The notes below the pieces were generated by a model. It was given only the letters and a program-made list of their open reading frames with translations. It made no database searches and was not told the origin of the DNA. 64,000 nucleotides of DNA from Octopus vulgaris. Taxonomy: Eukaryota. Shown piece after piece: positions 26,842 to 42,732 of the stretch. The stretch is from assembly GCA_951406725.2 (NCBI GenBank), contig OX597815.1, positions 126,728,001 to 126,792,000 on the forward strand. The letters run 5' to 3'. Position 1 is the first letter of the stretch; each line of letters opens with the position of its first letter. Position numbers and translations under genes: made by a program.

Positions 26842-28871
26842 GCACATACACATTTACATGTTACACATAATTACATGATCACAACAGAAGAGTTTGCACT
26901 GAGCGACCCAGATATCTGACTCTTTACCTAAAAAAAGAACCAGATACCTGATTATGTTATTGTGAAATGCTTTTTACAGAATACCTTGGTAGATTTTCCT
27001 CTCATGTCTTGACTCACTACCTTCTACCAGAATAGCACATCTTCCAACATATTTCTCATAAATGATCATAATTATTGATTTCTAACATAGGAACAAGCCC
27101 ACACAGATTAGCAGGAGGGAACAGTTCAATACACCGGCTCCAGTTCTTGACTGGTAAAATAAAATGCATCTTCCATTGATTTTGTTGACAAGCATTACAG
27201 CTATTTAATCAACTGAACCACCTTTTCATTGATTACTCATGTGTTTGGGAAGCAAGCTTCTTACCACATGGCCAGGCCTGTGCCTATAATATAGATTATT
27301 GAATTATGGCATAATTGGCTGAATATTCCACAGATATTTATAGTCTAAAAGCAACTCTCAAATAAACTCACCCTAACACTAAATGCAACATGGCTGGTCC
27401 ATAGAATTACAGTAGTCAGGTTTCTATACAGTTTTGACTGCTTTTATTTCACTCAAGGCATTAGTCAATCTGAGACTATGGTGAAAAATGTTTACCCAAG
27501 GCTGTATTCCACTCAGTGGAATTGAACCCAAGACTTTATTAGTGTGAAGTGAATTTCTTAACCTATGCCTGATATTTATTGTATTAATTCCAAAGAATAG
27601 AAAGCAAAAACGACCTTGGTTGGATTTGAACTCAAACAGTAAAGGAGAGCAACTAAATATGGTACAACATTTTGTCTAATGATCCACCCAGTTGGAACCA
27701 TCTCTGTTGCCACTTGATGTTCACTTTCCCATGCTTTCATAGATCAGATAGTATTTTTTTCCAGCAGGATGCCCTTCCTGTCACCAACCTTCACCTGTTT
27801 CCAAGAAAGGTAATACTTCTCATTGCCCTGACATGTTTTCACAGAATATTAGAAAGGAATAACACTGCCTGTGTGGTGGTGAGACTCATTTACAACCATC
27901 ACATGATATCCAGACAAGGGTATACACAAATACACACATGCATGTCTATACACACACACACACACATGCATGTCTATACACACACACACACACATGCATG
28001 TACATACATACACACACAGATACACATATGTACAATGAGCTTCTTTCAGTTTCTCTCAACTAAATCCACTGATAAGACATTGTAAGCCCAGGGCTATAGT
28101 AGAAAGCACTTTCCCAAGGTGCTGCACAGTTGGATCACATAGTTGGGAAACAAGCCTCTTAACCACACAACCACACGTGCATCTCTAAATTCCTACAGCC
28201 AATAGTGTAATTGAGTTGACCATTACATTTTAATAGAATTAATGACGGAGCGCACACATGGTCATTTAATATATTAGAAAAAGAAACCATATCTTCCTCA
28301 AATTATACCTACCAACTTCAAAAAGAAAAAAAAACCCATCAAATTACATAAACTGTAAAAATCTGAAAGGATAATCATGATCACGTAGGAAACACTTCTG
28401 ACTATTGGACTGCTGGATCAGATCTGACCTAGGGTTAAATAACATGAAAAAGCATTAAAATTTTTATTGAATAACCCCATGAGAGTAAAGTAAGTTTGAT
28501 TCAACTGGAAACTGAACTCAGAAGTAAAAATAAGTCTAATTTTAGCATAAGGCCAGAAATTTTGAGGGGAGGGAAAAAAAAATCAATTATTTATTTATCA
28601 ACCCCTAAAGGATGAAAAGCAGAGTTGACCTCGGCAGCATTTGCACTCATAATGTAAATATCTGAGAGAAATACCCCTAAGCAATGAATTTGCAAGCTCA
28701 CCACTTTCAGAAGTGTGAAAATAATAAAAAATATCACCAAGTGTTAAAAACATTTTAACACTTTAATGTCACGATAATGATTAATGAAGAAGTAAATAAT
28801 AAATGAATAAATGTAAAGCTGATTTAATCTTCTTTCAACATGTAGTGGCCATAAACAAGATATGAAATATG

Positions 28872-28931
<60 letters not shown>

Positions 28932-28940
28932 TATGTATGT

Positions 28941-29055
28941 ATTAGGTTGTTTTACATGAAATGTCGTATTTGAAAGGTAACAGTAAAATGTTCCAGAAGT
29001 GTTAGAGAACTGATTTATTTAATCAAAGTATGATCCATGTTCATTTACACCTGGC
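28941..29055 (-). mobile_element. Mariner 3'-terminal fragment
   Basis: TIR-like tattaggttg..., with minus-strand VNEHGSYFD* typical of a mariner C-terminus. Confidence 0.6.
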
Positions 29056-30679
29056 ATGAAAAGTCACATCAGTGCAACGATGAAAGTAAATTAGAACAAT
29101 GAAGCTGAAAGTGAGAAGGCCATCATTTGATAGGATGAGGCAATTATCATGTCTCTGTCTGTCTGTCTGTATGTATGTATGTATTATGTGTTTGTATGTA
29201 TGCTGTATAGATGGATGGATGGATGGATGAATGGGTGGATGGTTGAACAGAGAAGTGTCTTCTCTTCTTGATTGGTATTTTAGAGAGTATGTTAACTGGT
29301 TACCTGTCAAGCAGCAAAGCTCTAAAGAAAATGACCTTGATCTTTCCATCATTATTCACACAACGATTCATCCTTTATATTTCAGTGACTGGATTTGCAA
29401 ACTCTCCACCAATTATTCATAGATGTTTGCTTTCTCTTGCATTTTCTTAATGTCAAGTGGACATCCAATTTCTACAACGGGGCATATTTTTATTTTGTGG
29501 AGCAAAATAATAGCAGGCCAACTGTGTTTTAATTTCATTACTGATATTTTTAGTTACAGTCTTCTGGCTCATCCATTCCTGTTGGACCTTCCAAACAATG
29601 CTAGCATGGAAAACAGACATAAAGCAATACAGTCTCTTCTTCTTCTTCTGCTGTTGCTGCTGCTACTGCTGTTGCTGCTGCTGCTGATGACGACAACGAC
29701 GAAGACGATGACAACAATGACAATAATGATGACAACCAATATTTTTTTAATTGATCATTCACAATATTTTTCCTTTTTATTTGTTGTTATACTTTTCTTT
29801 CTTAATCTATTAAAGACCATTCTGGTTACTACATCGTCTCTCATGGGAAGATAGCATTTTGAGAATGTAACTGAAAAATTAGCCAGGATTTGAACTATGA
29901 ACTCTTGTCTCACTACAGTAATTTTCTCAGCATTTTCACCAACTCGTCTTCTTAATATTTGTTGCCTTTAAAGTAGTAAGCTGGCAGAATCGTTTGCATG
30001 CTGAGCAAAATGTTTAGCAGTATTTTGTTCACCTGTATGTTCTAAGTTAAAATACTACTGAGATCGACTTTACCTTCCATTTTTTTGAAGTCAATAAAAG
30101 AAGTACCATTTGAGCACGGGGTCAATGAAATTAATTTAAGCTCTCAAAATTGCTGGCCTTGTACCAATATTTGAAACCAATATTTGTTTCCTTTATTATA
30201 GAAACAAGTAAAGTTGATTTGTTTTGTATTTTCAAACTTCCTCAAACAAACAGTAATGTCCATTTGGCTTTTCTTACCCCACCCATTCATTTTCTCCATC
30301 TACTATTCTTGAGAGGGTTCTTGGAGTAGAACACTCGAATATCTTGTCTACAGGATCCTATCAGAAGTAACTGTTATTATACTTTCCTGCAAGATTCTCA
30401 AGTGCTTCTTACCCTTGTATCATAACTCACTTTGTTAACTTCAACTATATGAACAGCTAACTGAAGTGTCATTCACCACTTGTAGCCTAGTTTTTTTTTT
30501 ATAGAGAAAAACTAACAGAGACAAGGGAAAGCTTAATTCTTGGCTTTCAACTTGTAACTGAAAGCTATCAGTGTAACAATCAAACCTCAAGCATGACATC
30601 AGCAACGAAGATGAGAAATCATCAAAGTATTTGAAATGACATGACCAGCAAGGCACACACACATATGCATGCATGCATG

Positions 30680-30732
<53 letters not shown>

Positions 30733-32950
30733 TCAGCAAAAAAAAAAACACAAACTCCTGTGTGATATTTATTTCTTCCTTTTTCTGTATTATGACCAAT
30801 CATGCCTGACGTTTTTAAGCTGTTCAGTCAAGCTGTTCATGGTTTAGTCTTTGTGGGGAAGGGCTCAAGTTTTCATAACTTAACACCAAACATACATTTC
30901 AAGCTCACCAATTTTTGTTTCTTGTCTGTGAAAAAACAAAATGGTCAATGAGATATAATAGCTTTTTGTTTTTGATTTTGTGGTTAATACTTGGCCTGTA
31001 CAGCTTCAAGTCATCCAGAAAGAAATGATGAAAGATGTTTTTAGAGTCACTTGTATAACTACTCTGTTCTGTGAACAAAAGGACAAGGTGTAATACTTGA
31101 CAAGCTGCCTACAGGACATATGTATGAATGAATGAATGAATGTATATAAGTGTGTGATGTGTGTGTGTGTGCATATGTGTGTGTGTTCGTGTGTGTGTGT
31201 GTGGGTGTGGGTGTGTGTGAGGTATAGTGACTGTGAAACAGAAATATTTTCCCTAGCTTTTAAGAAACACTGAAGTTGATAGAATTCTTGGTGACAGGTG
31301 CTTGTCTGTTGTTTATATGACATTTCATTTATATTCATTTTTCTCCGTAAAGCATCCAACCTGATGTCAATTTAGTTTGAAATGTAATGTAAAGATAGAA
31401 GAATTGATACATCAAATCATTACAATGACTTGCTATTTCATACAGCCACTCAAAAACTGATGTCTTAATATTCGAGGTGAGCCTTTACACAATGCTATGA
31501 TTAAGTATCTGAAAACTTTGACAGAATACTAAAGTAAGCTGTTTCAAATTAACCTCTGTCAATTCTACACTTACTGTGAGTTCCATCAACCATTGGTATA
31601 TTAGAAAAGATAAACGTCTTTGTGTAGTGTATCTTGTAAATATCATCTTGCTGCAGCCCATAAATGACAAACTGGCTGATTCATTGGAACAGTGATGCTT
31701 AATTTTTTTTTTGCAGCATGGACTGGTTTCATACAAGATAATTTTTCCATGGACTGAATAATCATGCACACAAGAAAACACAATAAAGTGCATAATATAT
31801 GTGAAGGCATGTAGCTTAGGGTATTTGGCTCATGACTATAATGTCATAAGTTTGATTCCTGGTGGCCCATTGCATTCTAGAGCAGTTTGTTCCAGTCCAT
31901 TCAGCTGGCAAAAATGAGTTGTACCTGTATTTCAAAGAGCCAGCCTTTCCCCATTCTGTGTCACATTGAATCTCCTTAAAAATTATATTAAGAGTATGCA
32001 TGTTTGAGGAGTGCTCAGCCACTTGCACATTAATTTCATAAGCTATCTGTTCTGTTAATTGGACCAACTGGAAAATTTGTTGTAACCAATGGAATATCAG
32101 CTCCTTTATATATAAAACATGTGGAGGTGCAATGGCCCAGTGGTTAGGGCAGTGAACTAGTGGTCATATGATTGTGGTATCGATTCCCAGACTGAGCATT
32201 GTGAGTGTTTATTGAGCAAAAACACCTAAAGCTCCATGAGGCTCTGGCAGGGGGTGGTGGCAAACACTGCTGTACACTTTCACCACAACTTTCTCTCACT
32301 CTTTCTTCCTGTTTCTGTTGTACCTGTATTTCAAAGGGCCAGCCTTGTCACACTCTGTGTCACGCTGAATCTCCCCAAGAACTACATTAAGGATACATGT
32401 CTGTGGAGTGCTCAGCCATTTGTACATTAATTTCACGAGCAGGCTGTTCCATTGATTGGATCAACTGGAACCCTCATCATCGCAACCAACAGAGTGCCTT
32501 GATATAAAACATATATAATACAAAAACACCCAGCAAACTGCAATAATAAATAAAACAAATACAAGATTTTAAAAATCTATTTTTTCTATGTGGATCAGTT
32601 GCTTTGCAGTATTTATTTTGGCTTTCAATGTTCTAAGTTTAAATCCAACCAAAGTCAATTTTACCCTTCATTCTTCTGAGATCAATAAATCAACAAGGAA
32701 TCAATAAGGAAATCAACAAGGATCAATAAGGAAACAGACTAGTGGGATTATTAACATATCAGATGAGATGTCTTGTGGTACTTGTTATATTCTTAGTTCA
32801 AATACAATTGGAACCTACATAGGTAATAGACACAGTCTGTTGCTATCCATTTGGTCCTCAGGTGTCTTTAGCAGGGTTCACTATTCTGTAAGCAGTCAGA
32901 TCAGATTTCCAGTTTCAGGACACCACTAATTTAATCCTTTTCCTAGTTAA

Positions 32951-33150
32951 CTCTTTCGTTACTGTATTTATTTTCAATTACTTTATATATCACAAAGAAT
33001 TTAGTAAAATAACTTGGTTATCATTAAGCTAGTGTTAGAAGCATAAATTGTGACTAAGGTTTGGTGGAAGATTTTAACTCGAAACTTATGAAAACAAGAC
33101 ATTTGTATTCAGAACCAGAGCTGGTTTTAGCCAGGTTGGTAAAGAAAGGG
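32951..33150. mobile_element. piggyBac-type MITE
   Basis: TTAA on both sides, with ends ctctttc...gaaaggg. Same family as 59459-59679 and 62949-63163. Confidence 0.8.
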
Positions 33151-33169
33151 TTAAAATCACTATTTAGAG

Positions 33170-33412
33170 CAATGGTTCTCAACCAGTTTTTGCCTATGGA
33201 GCCCTTTGATTCATATATTAGTCAGGTGGATCCTTATAGCCATTTTTGTAATTAAGCATTTTGTAATTAAGCATTATTAGGAATTGTATTAAAAAAATTG
33301 TTAAAATATTTTGTGTATTATATTTTGCGTATTATTTTTTGCCCATAATTTTTAACAACAAAATCTCATGTGGACCTCCCAAGGTAATGTGGGCCCTGAT
33401 TGAGAACCACTA
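33170..33412. mobile_element. hAT-Charlie-type MITE
   Basis: TIRs caatggttctcaa and ttgagaaccacta, with a degenerate 8-bp TSD (atttagag / tcttagag). Confidence 0.75.
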
Positions 33413-34537
33413 TCTTAGAGCCAACTCGTTGTCTTCAGACCCAGCAGACCTTCAATGCTCGACCTGCTGCAGAGCCTTCTGAGGATGCATCAGATTGATT
33501 AGCCATAGCCAAACATACCATGATCCATCTTCTCCTCCCATGTGATGTCCTTGGTCAGTGTTGATGATGATGGACAAACTAATGCTATAACTAGGGAAGA
33601 GCTAACTGTTCAATCTTACAATAGTAGGGGAAAAATAATAATGGTAACAGATTAATATTGAGGAAGAATTGTTTTAAAATGATTAATAATTGAAATCATC
33701 ATTTCATAGTTTTTATTAAAAAAAAAATTCAAATCCACAAATGGTGCTGACAGTGGCAGTCATAAAGGTGATGGTGGTGGTTGGGAGATGTCATCGGAGG
33801 AGAAAGAAACATTAAAAAGAAAATCAATAAATTATAAAAAATCACACTTAAGTAAGAAAAGGAAGGATGTTGATAGAGTAAGTGGAGATATGTGAATACA
33901 TGATTAATTAACAACGATAAACAAAGCCAACAGTTTTGTTATCTCCCCAAAGCATCCAGACACACCCTGCCATGTTTAATTTCTCAGTAATAAATCCTAG
34001 TTAATCTTCTTAAAAAGCAAAATCTTAAGTAATTACCATGTGAGAGAGAGACGAGGAAGATTTGATGAAGTGTGATGGAACTGTGTTGCTGATTTAGTTT
34101 CTTTTAACCTTTGTTGTTATTGTTGCTGTTGTTGTTGTTGGTGGTGGTGGTTTTCTTTTATTTTCAAATTTGATTCAATTTGTTTTATAGAATATAAATT
34201 GTTTGTAGTGAGTTTTCTGTCTCCTTATTAATGTTTCTTTCTTTCTTTTTCTTTCTTTCTTTCTTTCTTTATTTTCTATTAGCTACTATTTGTTACATTT
34301 ATAAGAATTATCAGAACAGGATTTTGAGATTTTCAGACTATGAATTGCATCTTTGTTTTTATGTTTTTACACTTTATTTTTATGAGTCTATTACTTTGTT
34401 ATCATCATGTGATCTTGTCTGAAATACATTCTCTTCATCATATAAAACAAACAATATGTATAATGAAGGGTTTTTGGCATGGTTTCTGCCATTAGCAATA
34501 CCTTGTGTATAAGACCAAGTCACTTAACTCTCAAGCC

Positions 34538-34793
34538 CAGTGGTTCTCAATTATTTTTTACCTATGAACCCTTTGATTCCATTTTACTCTACTGGTCCCT
34601 CATAGCCATTTGATGTTTAAAAATTCTTGTTATATTTTTATTAATTAAATATTATTAGAAATTATATTTTTAAAAAATTGTTAAAATATTTTGTGCATTG
34701 TAGAAGAATAACTGATCTATTACACAAGAATTTTAACAACAAAATCTCACATGGCCACGTAAGGGTCAAACAGACCTTGGGTAAGAACCACTG
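34538..34793. mobile_element. hAT-Charlie-type MITE, second copy
   Basis: cagtggttctc...agaaccactg, with internal similarity to 33170-33412. Confidence 0.7.
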
Positions 34794-36679
34794 TAATAGC
34801 ATGTGTACCCATAAATATGTATTAAGGAATGGTATAGTTCACATCAAACACCTTCAGAACTTTGTCAAAAGTAATATTTGTGCCCTTGACATCATCAGTA
34901 AAGCCTTGTTCTATTTTAGGTGAGAGAACCCACCTAAATTGTCTGCTCACGGTCTCTACATGCTTTTCATTTCATGGATTGGAAGCTTATTGCTTGATAG
35001 CAGTACAACAATGTGTGCCAACAACTCTCCTCTTTCTAACCTTGATCAGTCAAAACTGAGCTACCCATCACACTATCTTCTGTTCATCAATGGATCTATT
35101 TGCTAGCATCTATTTGCTAACAATTCACACTCCTATGTAGGTCTACTACTATTCGTTTGTCATCCTTATGGAACCTAATGACTTTATACAGACCTGCACT
35201 ACTTTCTCAAAAACGTCTTTAAAATCAGAGTAACATCATCATAGTTACACTGTGATTATTTTATTAAGGATTGAAAGCTGGGGCAGAGTGTTAGCTGTTA
35301 AATCGATCCCAGTATTTGACTGGTACCTTATTTTAGTAACTTTGGAAGAATAAAAAGCAAAGTGAACCTCAGAACATAAATAGCCTGAATAAATGCTGCA
35401 AGATATTATTTTTCTGACACTCTAATGACTTTTCAAATCCATCACCCTCATTTGACTGTAATTATTAATAATGGAGTCATTAGGTTCAGGTGATAAATTC
35501 AGTTCTATTCATGGATAAAATTTAAAGGAGAGTGACATTTAGAGAGGAGAGATACACAAGAAAGAGTGATGAGCCAAGCTGTCCTTCACTCTTTCAGTAC
35601 TCCCATTTACCACCCAGCTCTGATCTACTGCTATTTCTTAGAAACTGAGGGCAATGTCATTTACTTAGCACCATAGAAAATGGGAGAGCTACACTAGTGG
35701 ATTATGGCAGTTCTTAAAAAGACAACTGTAACATGCAGGCCATAGTTATGAACATTTAGAGATTCACCACATTTATTCCATCTAGGTTTAGTACTTACAA
35801 GAGTTGGCAATGGATCTACAGAAGGCTCTGACTCACCCTTACTGAGGATTGTTCCTGGCAAATGAACATCCTGAGTTGGCAAAGGTAACATTGCATAGGA
35901 TGATATTCTTCAGAGCCACAAAATACATCAGCTCTTAACAACTACTATCTCTTAGTAAAGATCAGGTGAAATGCACAATGGAGCACATCTGGAATGGCAC
36001 TGCTACTTCACTTACAAACATCCTAAAGTTCATCCAATAAAAAATCTACCTGATTCATTTGCATGAATTCTTCAACCACAACACATCAACATCTGATCCA
36101 CAACTGTATTGTTTCTATTCTCTGTCTTTTCTATTGTTAGTACAGTGCCCTCTGTGTCTTGAAGTTGTTTGGACAGTTGACTTCACTAGAGCACTCACAA
36201 TTCACTCATTTTCTTAATCTTCTCATTTATATTGTCCTACCACTCAGGTTTTGCATTAATTAGTACACTTAAATCTTTTCTTCATAGGACATCAACTTCT
36301 GGACTTTCCTCTCTGCTCATATTTCCCTAGCAGCTATCAACGTGCAACTTTGCAAGAGGAGCATTAACTACATAAAATATATTCATCTCAAAGGACTGCA
36401 GAAATGATCAGCACAGTCCCCTCCCTCCAGACCAGCATCAAAGAGATTAATAAGAAAATACCAAAGCATTCTTAATATAAAAGGAAAAAAAAAAACTTGA
36501 GAAGCGTAATATTTTTTAAAATAATAATTATAATTATTTTCTAATATAGATACACAGCAACAAATTTTGGTGGCAGTGGTTATTTGATTAATAACCAAAT
36601 AATGTGTATGTATGTATGTATGTATGTATGTATGTATGTATGTATGTATGTATGTATGTATGTATGTATGTATGTATGT

Positions 36680-37005
36680 ATGTCATTATTCAGTTTCATT
36701 TCAAAATTTCTTGCTAATAGAGAAAGAACTGGTTTCTAACCTAGATCCAAAGCTCCTTCATTGGAATTTGAGTGTCAACAACAGGGTATGTATGTATGTA
36801 TGTATGTATGTATGTATGTATGTATGTATGTATGTTTGTATACATGCAGATTTGTATGTATTCTCGTAGACATGCTCATATATATTTAAATGACAAACTT
36901 CTGGTAAGTTTTACAGACTTTTACTTTTCCAGTGATAGACTGGATCTGTAGTCTTCAAATCAGCTTTCTCCTTCCAGGTTTTGAGAAGCCTAATTTCTCA
37001 AGATT
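36680..37005. repeat. Unclassified interspersed repeat associated with (TATG)n; a second copy lies at 63678-64000
   Basis: Both loci share gtcattattcagtttcatttcaa...ctggtttctaac...aaatga(c/t)aaacttctgg. Confidence 0.7.
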
Positions 37006-37569
37006 GATATATATGTATGCACACGTGCATGTGCATGTATGTGTGTGTGTGTATGCATGTATGTATCTCAGGGAATGAGTGACCCTTAGTTTTTGATTAG
37101 TCATTTCTCTAGAAGAAAGAAAACTCTTGCAACACCCACAACTTTATCTGTTTTCAATGATGCAGACAAGTCCTTCTTTTTAGGCAAGTGCATACATTGT
37201 TTATAGAGTGAGATTGGTCCTGTGAAAAACCTTTCTTCACCTTAAAAAACTTCAGGCACCAGCAATGCTTGATTTTTAATGTCTCTATTATGTCGCACTG
37301 TGGATGACTGCAACTGAGAAAGGCAAAACACTCAATGAAAAAGTCCTTGACGAAATGAAGTCATGCTCCAGCATGGCTGGTTAGCTCTCTAAACAAGTGC
37401 TACAAGACACGCCAACAGTAGCCATATGTGTGCTAAAAAGTGGAGGTCTCTAGCAGAACTGAAAAACCATACTTGTGTTGCTCATATTTAAGAGAACAAT
37501 CAAGGAATAACATTGCTCAAAAATAAGGTGAAGCCATCATTTACACACACACACACACACACACACAAA

Positions 37570-37745
37570 TGAGGGGATGCTGAAAACTTCCTGGTTTTGG
37601 GTAACAGAAAATACAGGGACATCAGTAAACTATGATTTTTTTCAACATGTTTCCTTCTCAGATTCACACACTTATTGCAGACCATCAGTTTTTCTAAGCC
37701 CCGTGAAAGAGCTCAGGAAGCTAACCCTCCAACCAAGCCTTTCAT
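37570..37745 (-). mobile_element. Mariner 3'-terminal fragment
   Basis: TIR-like gaggggatgctgaaaacttcc, with minus-strand CNKCVNLRRKHVEK resembling the mariner C-terminus WxKCVxxxGxYVEK. Confidence 0.65.
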
Positions 37746-38235
37746 GAATATATATGAACCTAAAGTTCATATATATATGTCATATATATAGGGAGAATTC
37801 ACAAAAAATGTCATATACATATATATAACATAGATCATCATGATCATGATCATAATCATCATCATCATTGAACATCCACTTTCTATGCTAGCATGGGTTA
37901 GGCGATTTGACTGAGGTCTGGCGAACCAGATGGCTGCACCAGACTCCAATCTGATCTGGCAGAGTTTCTACAGCTGGATGCCCTGGCCAGTCATAGAGTG
38001 ACTACAAATTTCCTATCCATAAAGTACTCAGCCTTATAGATGATTCATCAGACTCCAATGGCCATGGACATATATATGTTTGTCATGTCGTCTATAAGGC
38101 TGAGCACTTTATGGATAGGAAACTTGTAGTAACTCTATGACAGGACATATAATTATATTCTTGTAAACATACATTATTACTCTGAAATTTAGAGCATGCT
38201 TCATTTTCAGATGTACAATCCACTGAGGTGAGAGA

Positions 38236-38277
<42 letters not shown>

Positions 38278-38861
38278 GAGAGAGAGAGTGAGAGAGAAAG
38301 AGAGAGAGAGAGAGAGATGCATATATATGTATATGTATATGTATACATACACATATATACACATATACATGCATATCTAAATTCTATATTCTCTTTCACT
38401 GAACTTACAAATAGCTCACTAAAGAATTGTGACATCTATCAACATCTGCACTCAAGTGCACTTTTGATTATAGGATTAAAAGATATTAACAGGACAATCG
38501 ATGAGGCAGGAAAGCAAATGTAATGGATGTCAAAGAATATGTATAAGCAGCCATGTCCCACTTGTCACTAATAATGATTTCAAACATTAGGAACAAGGCC
38601 AATTTTAAAATAAGAAAACAACATGAATAAAGGCTTAATAGAGTTCATTGATTACATTACATTAATAGTATTATATTTGTATTGATATGGGAAAATAAAA
38701 GGGGAAAAATAGGGAAAATGTAGTGTTCACAAATGCAAAAAGAACAGTAATTCCAAACTAAAACACTGATACCAGAATGAGGTGACTAGACATGAGTATT
38801 TGGACATTGACAGTTTGGACATTCAGGCTGTTTTGGCGACACATGTTTTGACACTGAAGGT

Positions 38862-38933
<72 letters not shown>

Positions 38934-39121
38934 ACACAACACAGAAATATACACATACAAGTAGAGAGAGTGGGAAAGTTTACACATACAGACATAACTG
39001 GATGCCCACGCAAATAAACAGAGAGAGAGAGAGAGAGGCAGACAGACAGACAGATAGATAAACAGATAGATAAATAGATAGATAAATAGTTAGATAGCTA
39101 GATAGCGATAGATACATAGAT

Positions 39122-39180
<59 letters not shown>

Positions 39181-40204
39181 AAGAAAGAACAAAAGAAACA
39201 TTAAAACAAGAATAATATTGGTTTCAAATGTTGGCATGAGGCCAGTAATTTCAGGGTGGGGTACGTTGATTACATTGACCTCAGTGATCAATGGGTACTT
39301 ATTTTATCACCTCCAAGAGAATGGAAAGCAAAGTTGACCTCACCAGAATTTGAATTCAGCCCATGAAAAACTGGATGTAAAATGATAATGACAATGGTGG
39401 TAGTGGTGATGATGGTGATGATGATGATGATGATTATGAGGAGGGGGATGATTGAAAATCTAAAATGATTTTTATGAGGATCTTGATATCCAAACCAGAA
39501 GTGATAAATCTAAACACTACAGTGAAATTAGCCATGCCATGATCATCCCATCTCACCTCACTAATTTTTTTGTCTGGCCCCTGGTCATCCTTGACTGAAC
39601 AAACATATGACTAGAAACATTCAACCCATGACCATCCTGTCTTTTTTTCAGGTGTAATACATGTATGACTGCATAGTTAAAAAGACTGTTCTTAACTACA
39701 TGGTTTGGGGACTGACCCTACCATGTGTCACATTTGATAAGTGTCTCCTACTATGCTGTCAGGTTAACCAATGTCTTTTGAGTGAAATTGGGTAGATAGG
39801 AACAGTATGTTTTATGTATACAGTTTTATATATATATACATATACAGCACATAAAAAGCGCCATCCAAACATGGTCGATGCCAGTGACCCCTGACTGGCT
39901 CCCGTGCTGGTGGTATGTAAAAAGCATTATCCAAACGTGATTGATGCCAGGACTGCCTGACTGGCTCCTGTGCCAGTGGCACATAAAAAGCACCATCTGA
40001 ATGTGGCAGATGCCAGTGCCCACTGGCTGGCTCCCATGCCAGTGGCATGTAAAAAGCACCATCTGAACGTGGGCAATGCCTAGGCTGCCTGACTGGCTCT
40101 TTTGCTGGTGGCATGGAAAAAGCACCTACTAAGCTCTCGGAATGTTTGGCATTTGGGAGGGCATCGAGCTGTAGAAACATTGCCAGATCATATTGGAGCC
40201 TGGT

Positions 40205-41176
40205 GATCAGACATCGGTGGAAATTGCTTCGATTCCTGGAGTCTACATTCCATCATTGATGACGACACTATCCATAAAATGGAAGATGGCATTTTGGAGG
40301 ATCGCTGCATAACTATTCAGCAACTAGCCCAAGAAGTGAAGATAAGTGTAGGGTCCATGGAAAAAATTATTGACGACCATTTACACATGTAAAAATTCTC
40401 TGCACGATGGATTTCCCAGATATTCACACCTTTTAGAAACAGGAATAAGTCAATTGCTCCCAGGTTCTTTTGGCAATGTGTCAAGAAAACGAGGAGGAAT
40501 TTTTCAGCAGACTTATCACACAGGATGAAACATGGATCCATCACTATGATCCTGAGACTAAAGTCCTGTCAAAGCAATAGAAACATGATAACTCACCACC
40601 TCCAAAGAAGGCTTGTGACCAACCCCCAGCAGGCAAGGTGATGCTCACAGTCTTTTGGGACCAGTGCAAAGTAGTGATAATGGATTTTCTGGCAAAGGGC
40701 ACCACACTTAACAGGACATATTATGCTTTACTCCTGCAGAAATTGTGGACACCATCAAAGCAGAGAGGCATGCCATGCTCACCAAAGGAGTCTGCCTCCT
40801 CCTAGACAACACCCCAGTTCACAATGCACATGTTGCCCAGAGGAAAGCACACTCCTGTGACTATGAAATCCTTCCTCATCCCCTTTACTCACCTGACCTC
40901 ACACCATTTGACTTCCAGCTCTTTCCAGCCATGAAGTCTCTTTTGAAGGGGAAGCACTTTTCAGATGACGATGAACTTATTTCCAAAGTAAAGTCTTGGC
41001 TACAGATGCATCCTACGGACTTCCACAGACAGGTCTTCACAGTTGCATAAAGCAATGGGAGAAATATATTACCATTGGTGGTAGCTATTTAGAGAAGGAC
41101 TAATAATTATGTCAAGTTTCACTTATCCTGGTCCTTGGAAAATGGGTCAGGGGAAATCTTTAATGAACATCCCTTA
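40205..41176 (+). mobile_element. 5'-truncated decayed mariner transposon
   Basis: Peptides SARWISQ, LITQDETWIHHYDPE, GKVMLTVFWD, LLLDNTPVH and LPHPLYSPDLTPFDFQLF. The 3' TIR-like end aatctttaatgaacatccctta is followed by TA. Confidence 0.92.
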
Positions 41177-41721
41177 TATGTGTGTGTGTGTGTGTGTGTG
41201 TGTGATGTATGTTTGTACATACACACATACATGCACACATATATTTCAATATTCTACTACAAAGGAGAAAAAATATCTCTGGATTTTAAAACTCAATTTT
41301 TAACATAGCATTAAGCTTCAATTATCATATTATTTAATACATTAACAATAGCACCTATGATAACACATAAAGTTTATAATTGGCTGGAATGATTGCAATG
41401 AGCAAACCATGTTAACAATGGTAGAAAGCAAACACTATCAGTGATGTTTCAATATAATGCATTTCTTCTTCTCTACAACCATTTCTATAACAATCAGGAA
41501 TGTTTACATCCACACAACTATTATTAACAGTAATTATCATCATATAACATAATTATCAACAATCAGTAATAGCTATTATATAACATAATTATAAATAATT
41601 AATAAGTCATTATAACTACAAAATATGAATAATAAATATGATTAACTAATATTAAAGGCAGTTGTAATTATGTGAGAATCATTTTGTCGGGAATGTTTTG
41701 AAATATAAATCTCTCATTGTT

Positions 41722-41925
<204 letters not shown>

Positions 41926-42676
41926 AGTATAAAAAAAGGACAGAAATAATATTCTGGTACTGTTCAAGGCATATATAAGAAGTTAACTTAGTTACAGTTC
42001 AATAAATTAGATATAAAATAAATCTAAAGGTATAATTGAAAATAGGTTAGAAAAGGTCAGATATCTGTAAATTCACATATCTGTACTACTACCATATATC
42101 CCCTTCTCCTCTTCAGAGACCCACTCCCATTTCCTTTCCTTCACTTTCTCTCCCCCAAACTCATATTCACTGCATCCATTTCCATGCCCATCTATACTCA
42201 TCTGTCTCACTATTTTCACACTCTAGTGCTCTTGCCTATCCCCCCACCTCTTTTGTTCAGCTGCCCCTGTTCTCTCTCTCTCTCACCTTTTATCTTGACT
42301 CAACACCCCTCTTTCCAGATGGGAGAGACATGTATGCACCTCTTCAGCATGACACCTGCTTCTCTCCGCCCATCATACTTCCATATCTCTCAATCTTATA
42401 CCCGACTCAGTTGAGGGGTCTTGTCTTGTGCGTACGTACTTGGTGACCTCAGCAGTACTGGTGCTGTGAAGAAAGCATCCAGGACACTCTGTGAAGTGGT
42501 TGCTGTTATGAAGGGCATACAGCTGTAGAAACCATAATGAAGCAGACATTGAAGCTGAGTACAAACCACTGGCTCTTTGGTTGTTGTCAAACTGTCCCAG
42601 CTTATGCCAGGATGGAGGTGAAGAGAAGCAGAATAAGGATAAAAAAATAATGATAAAATGGACAGAAGAAAGAAGA

Positions 42677-42732
<56 letters not shown>

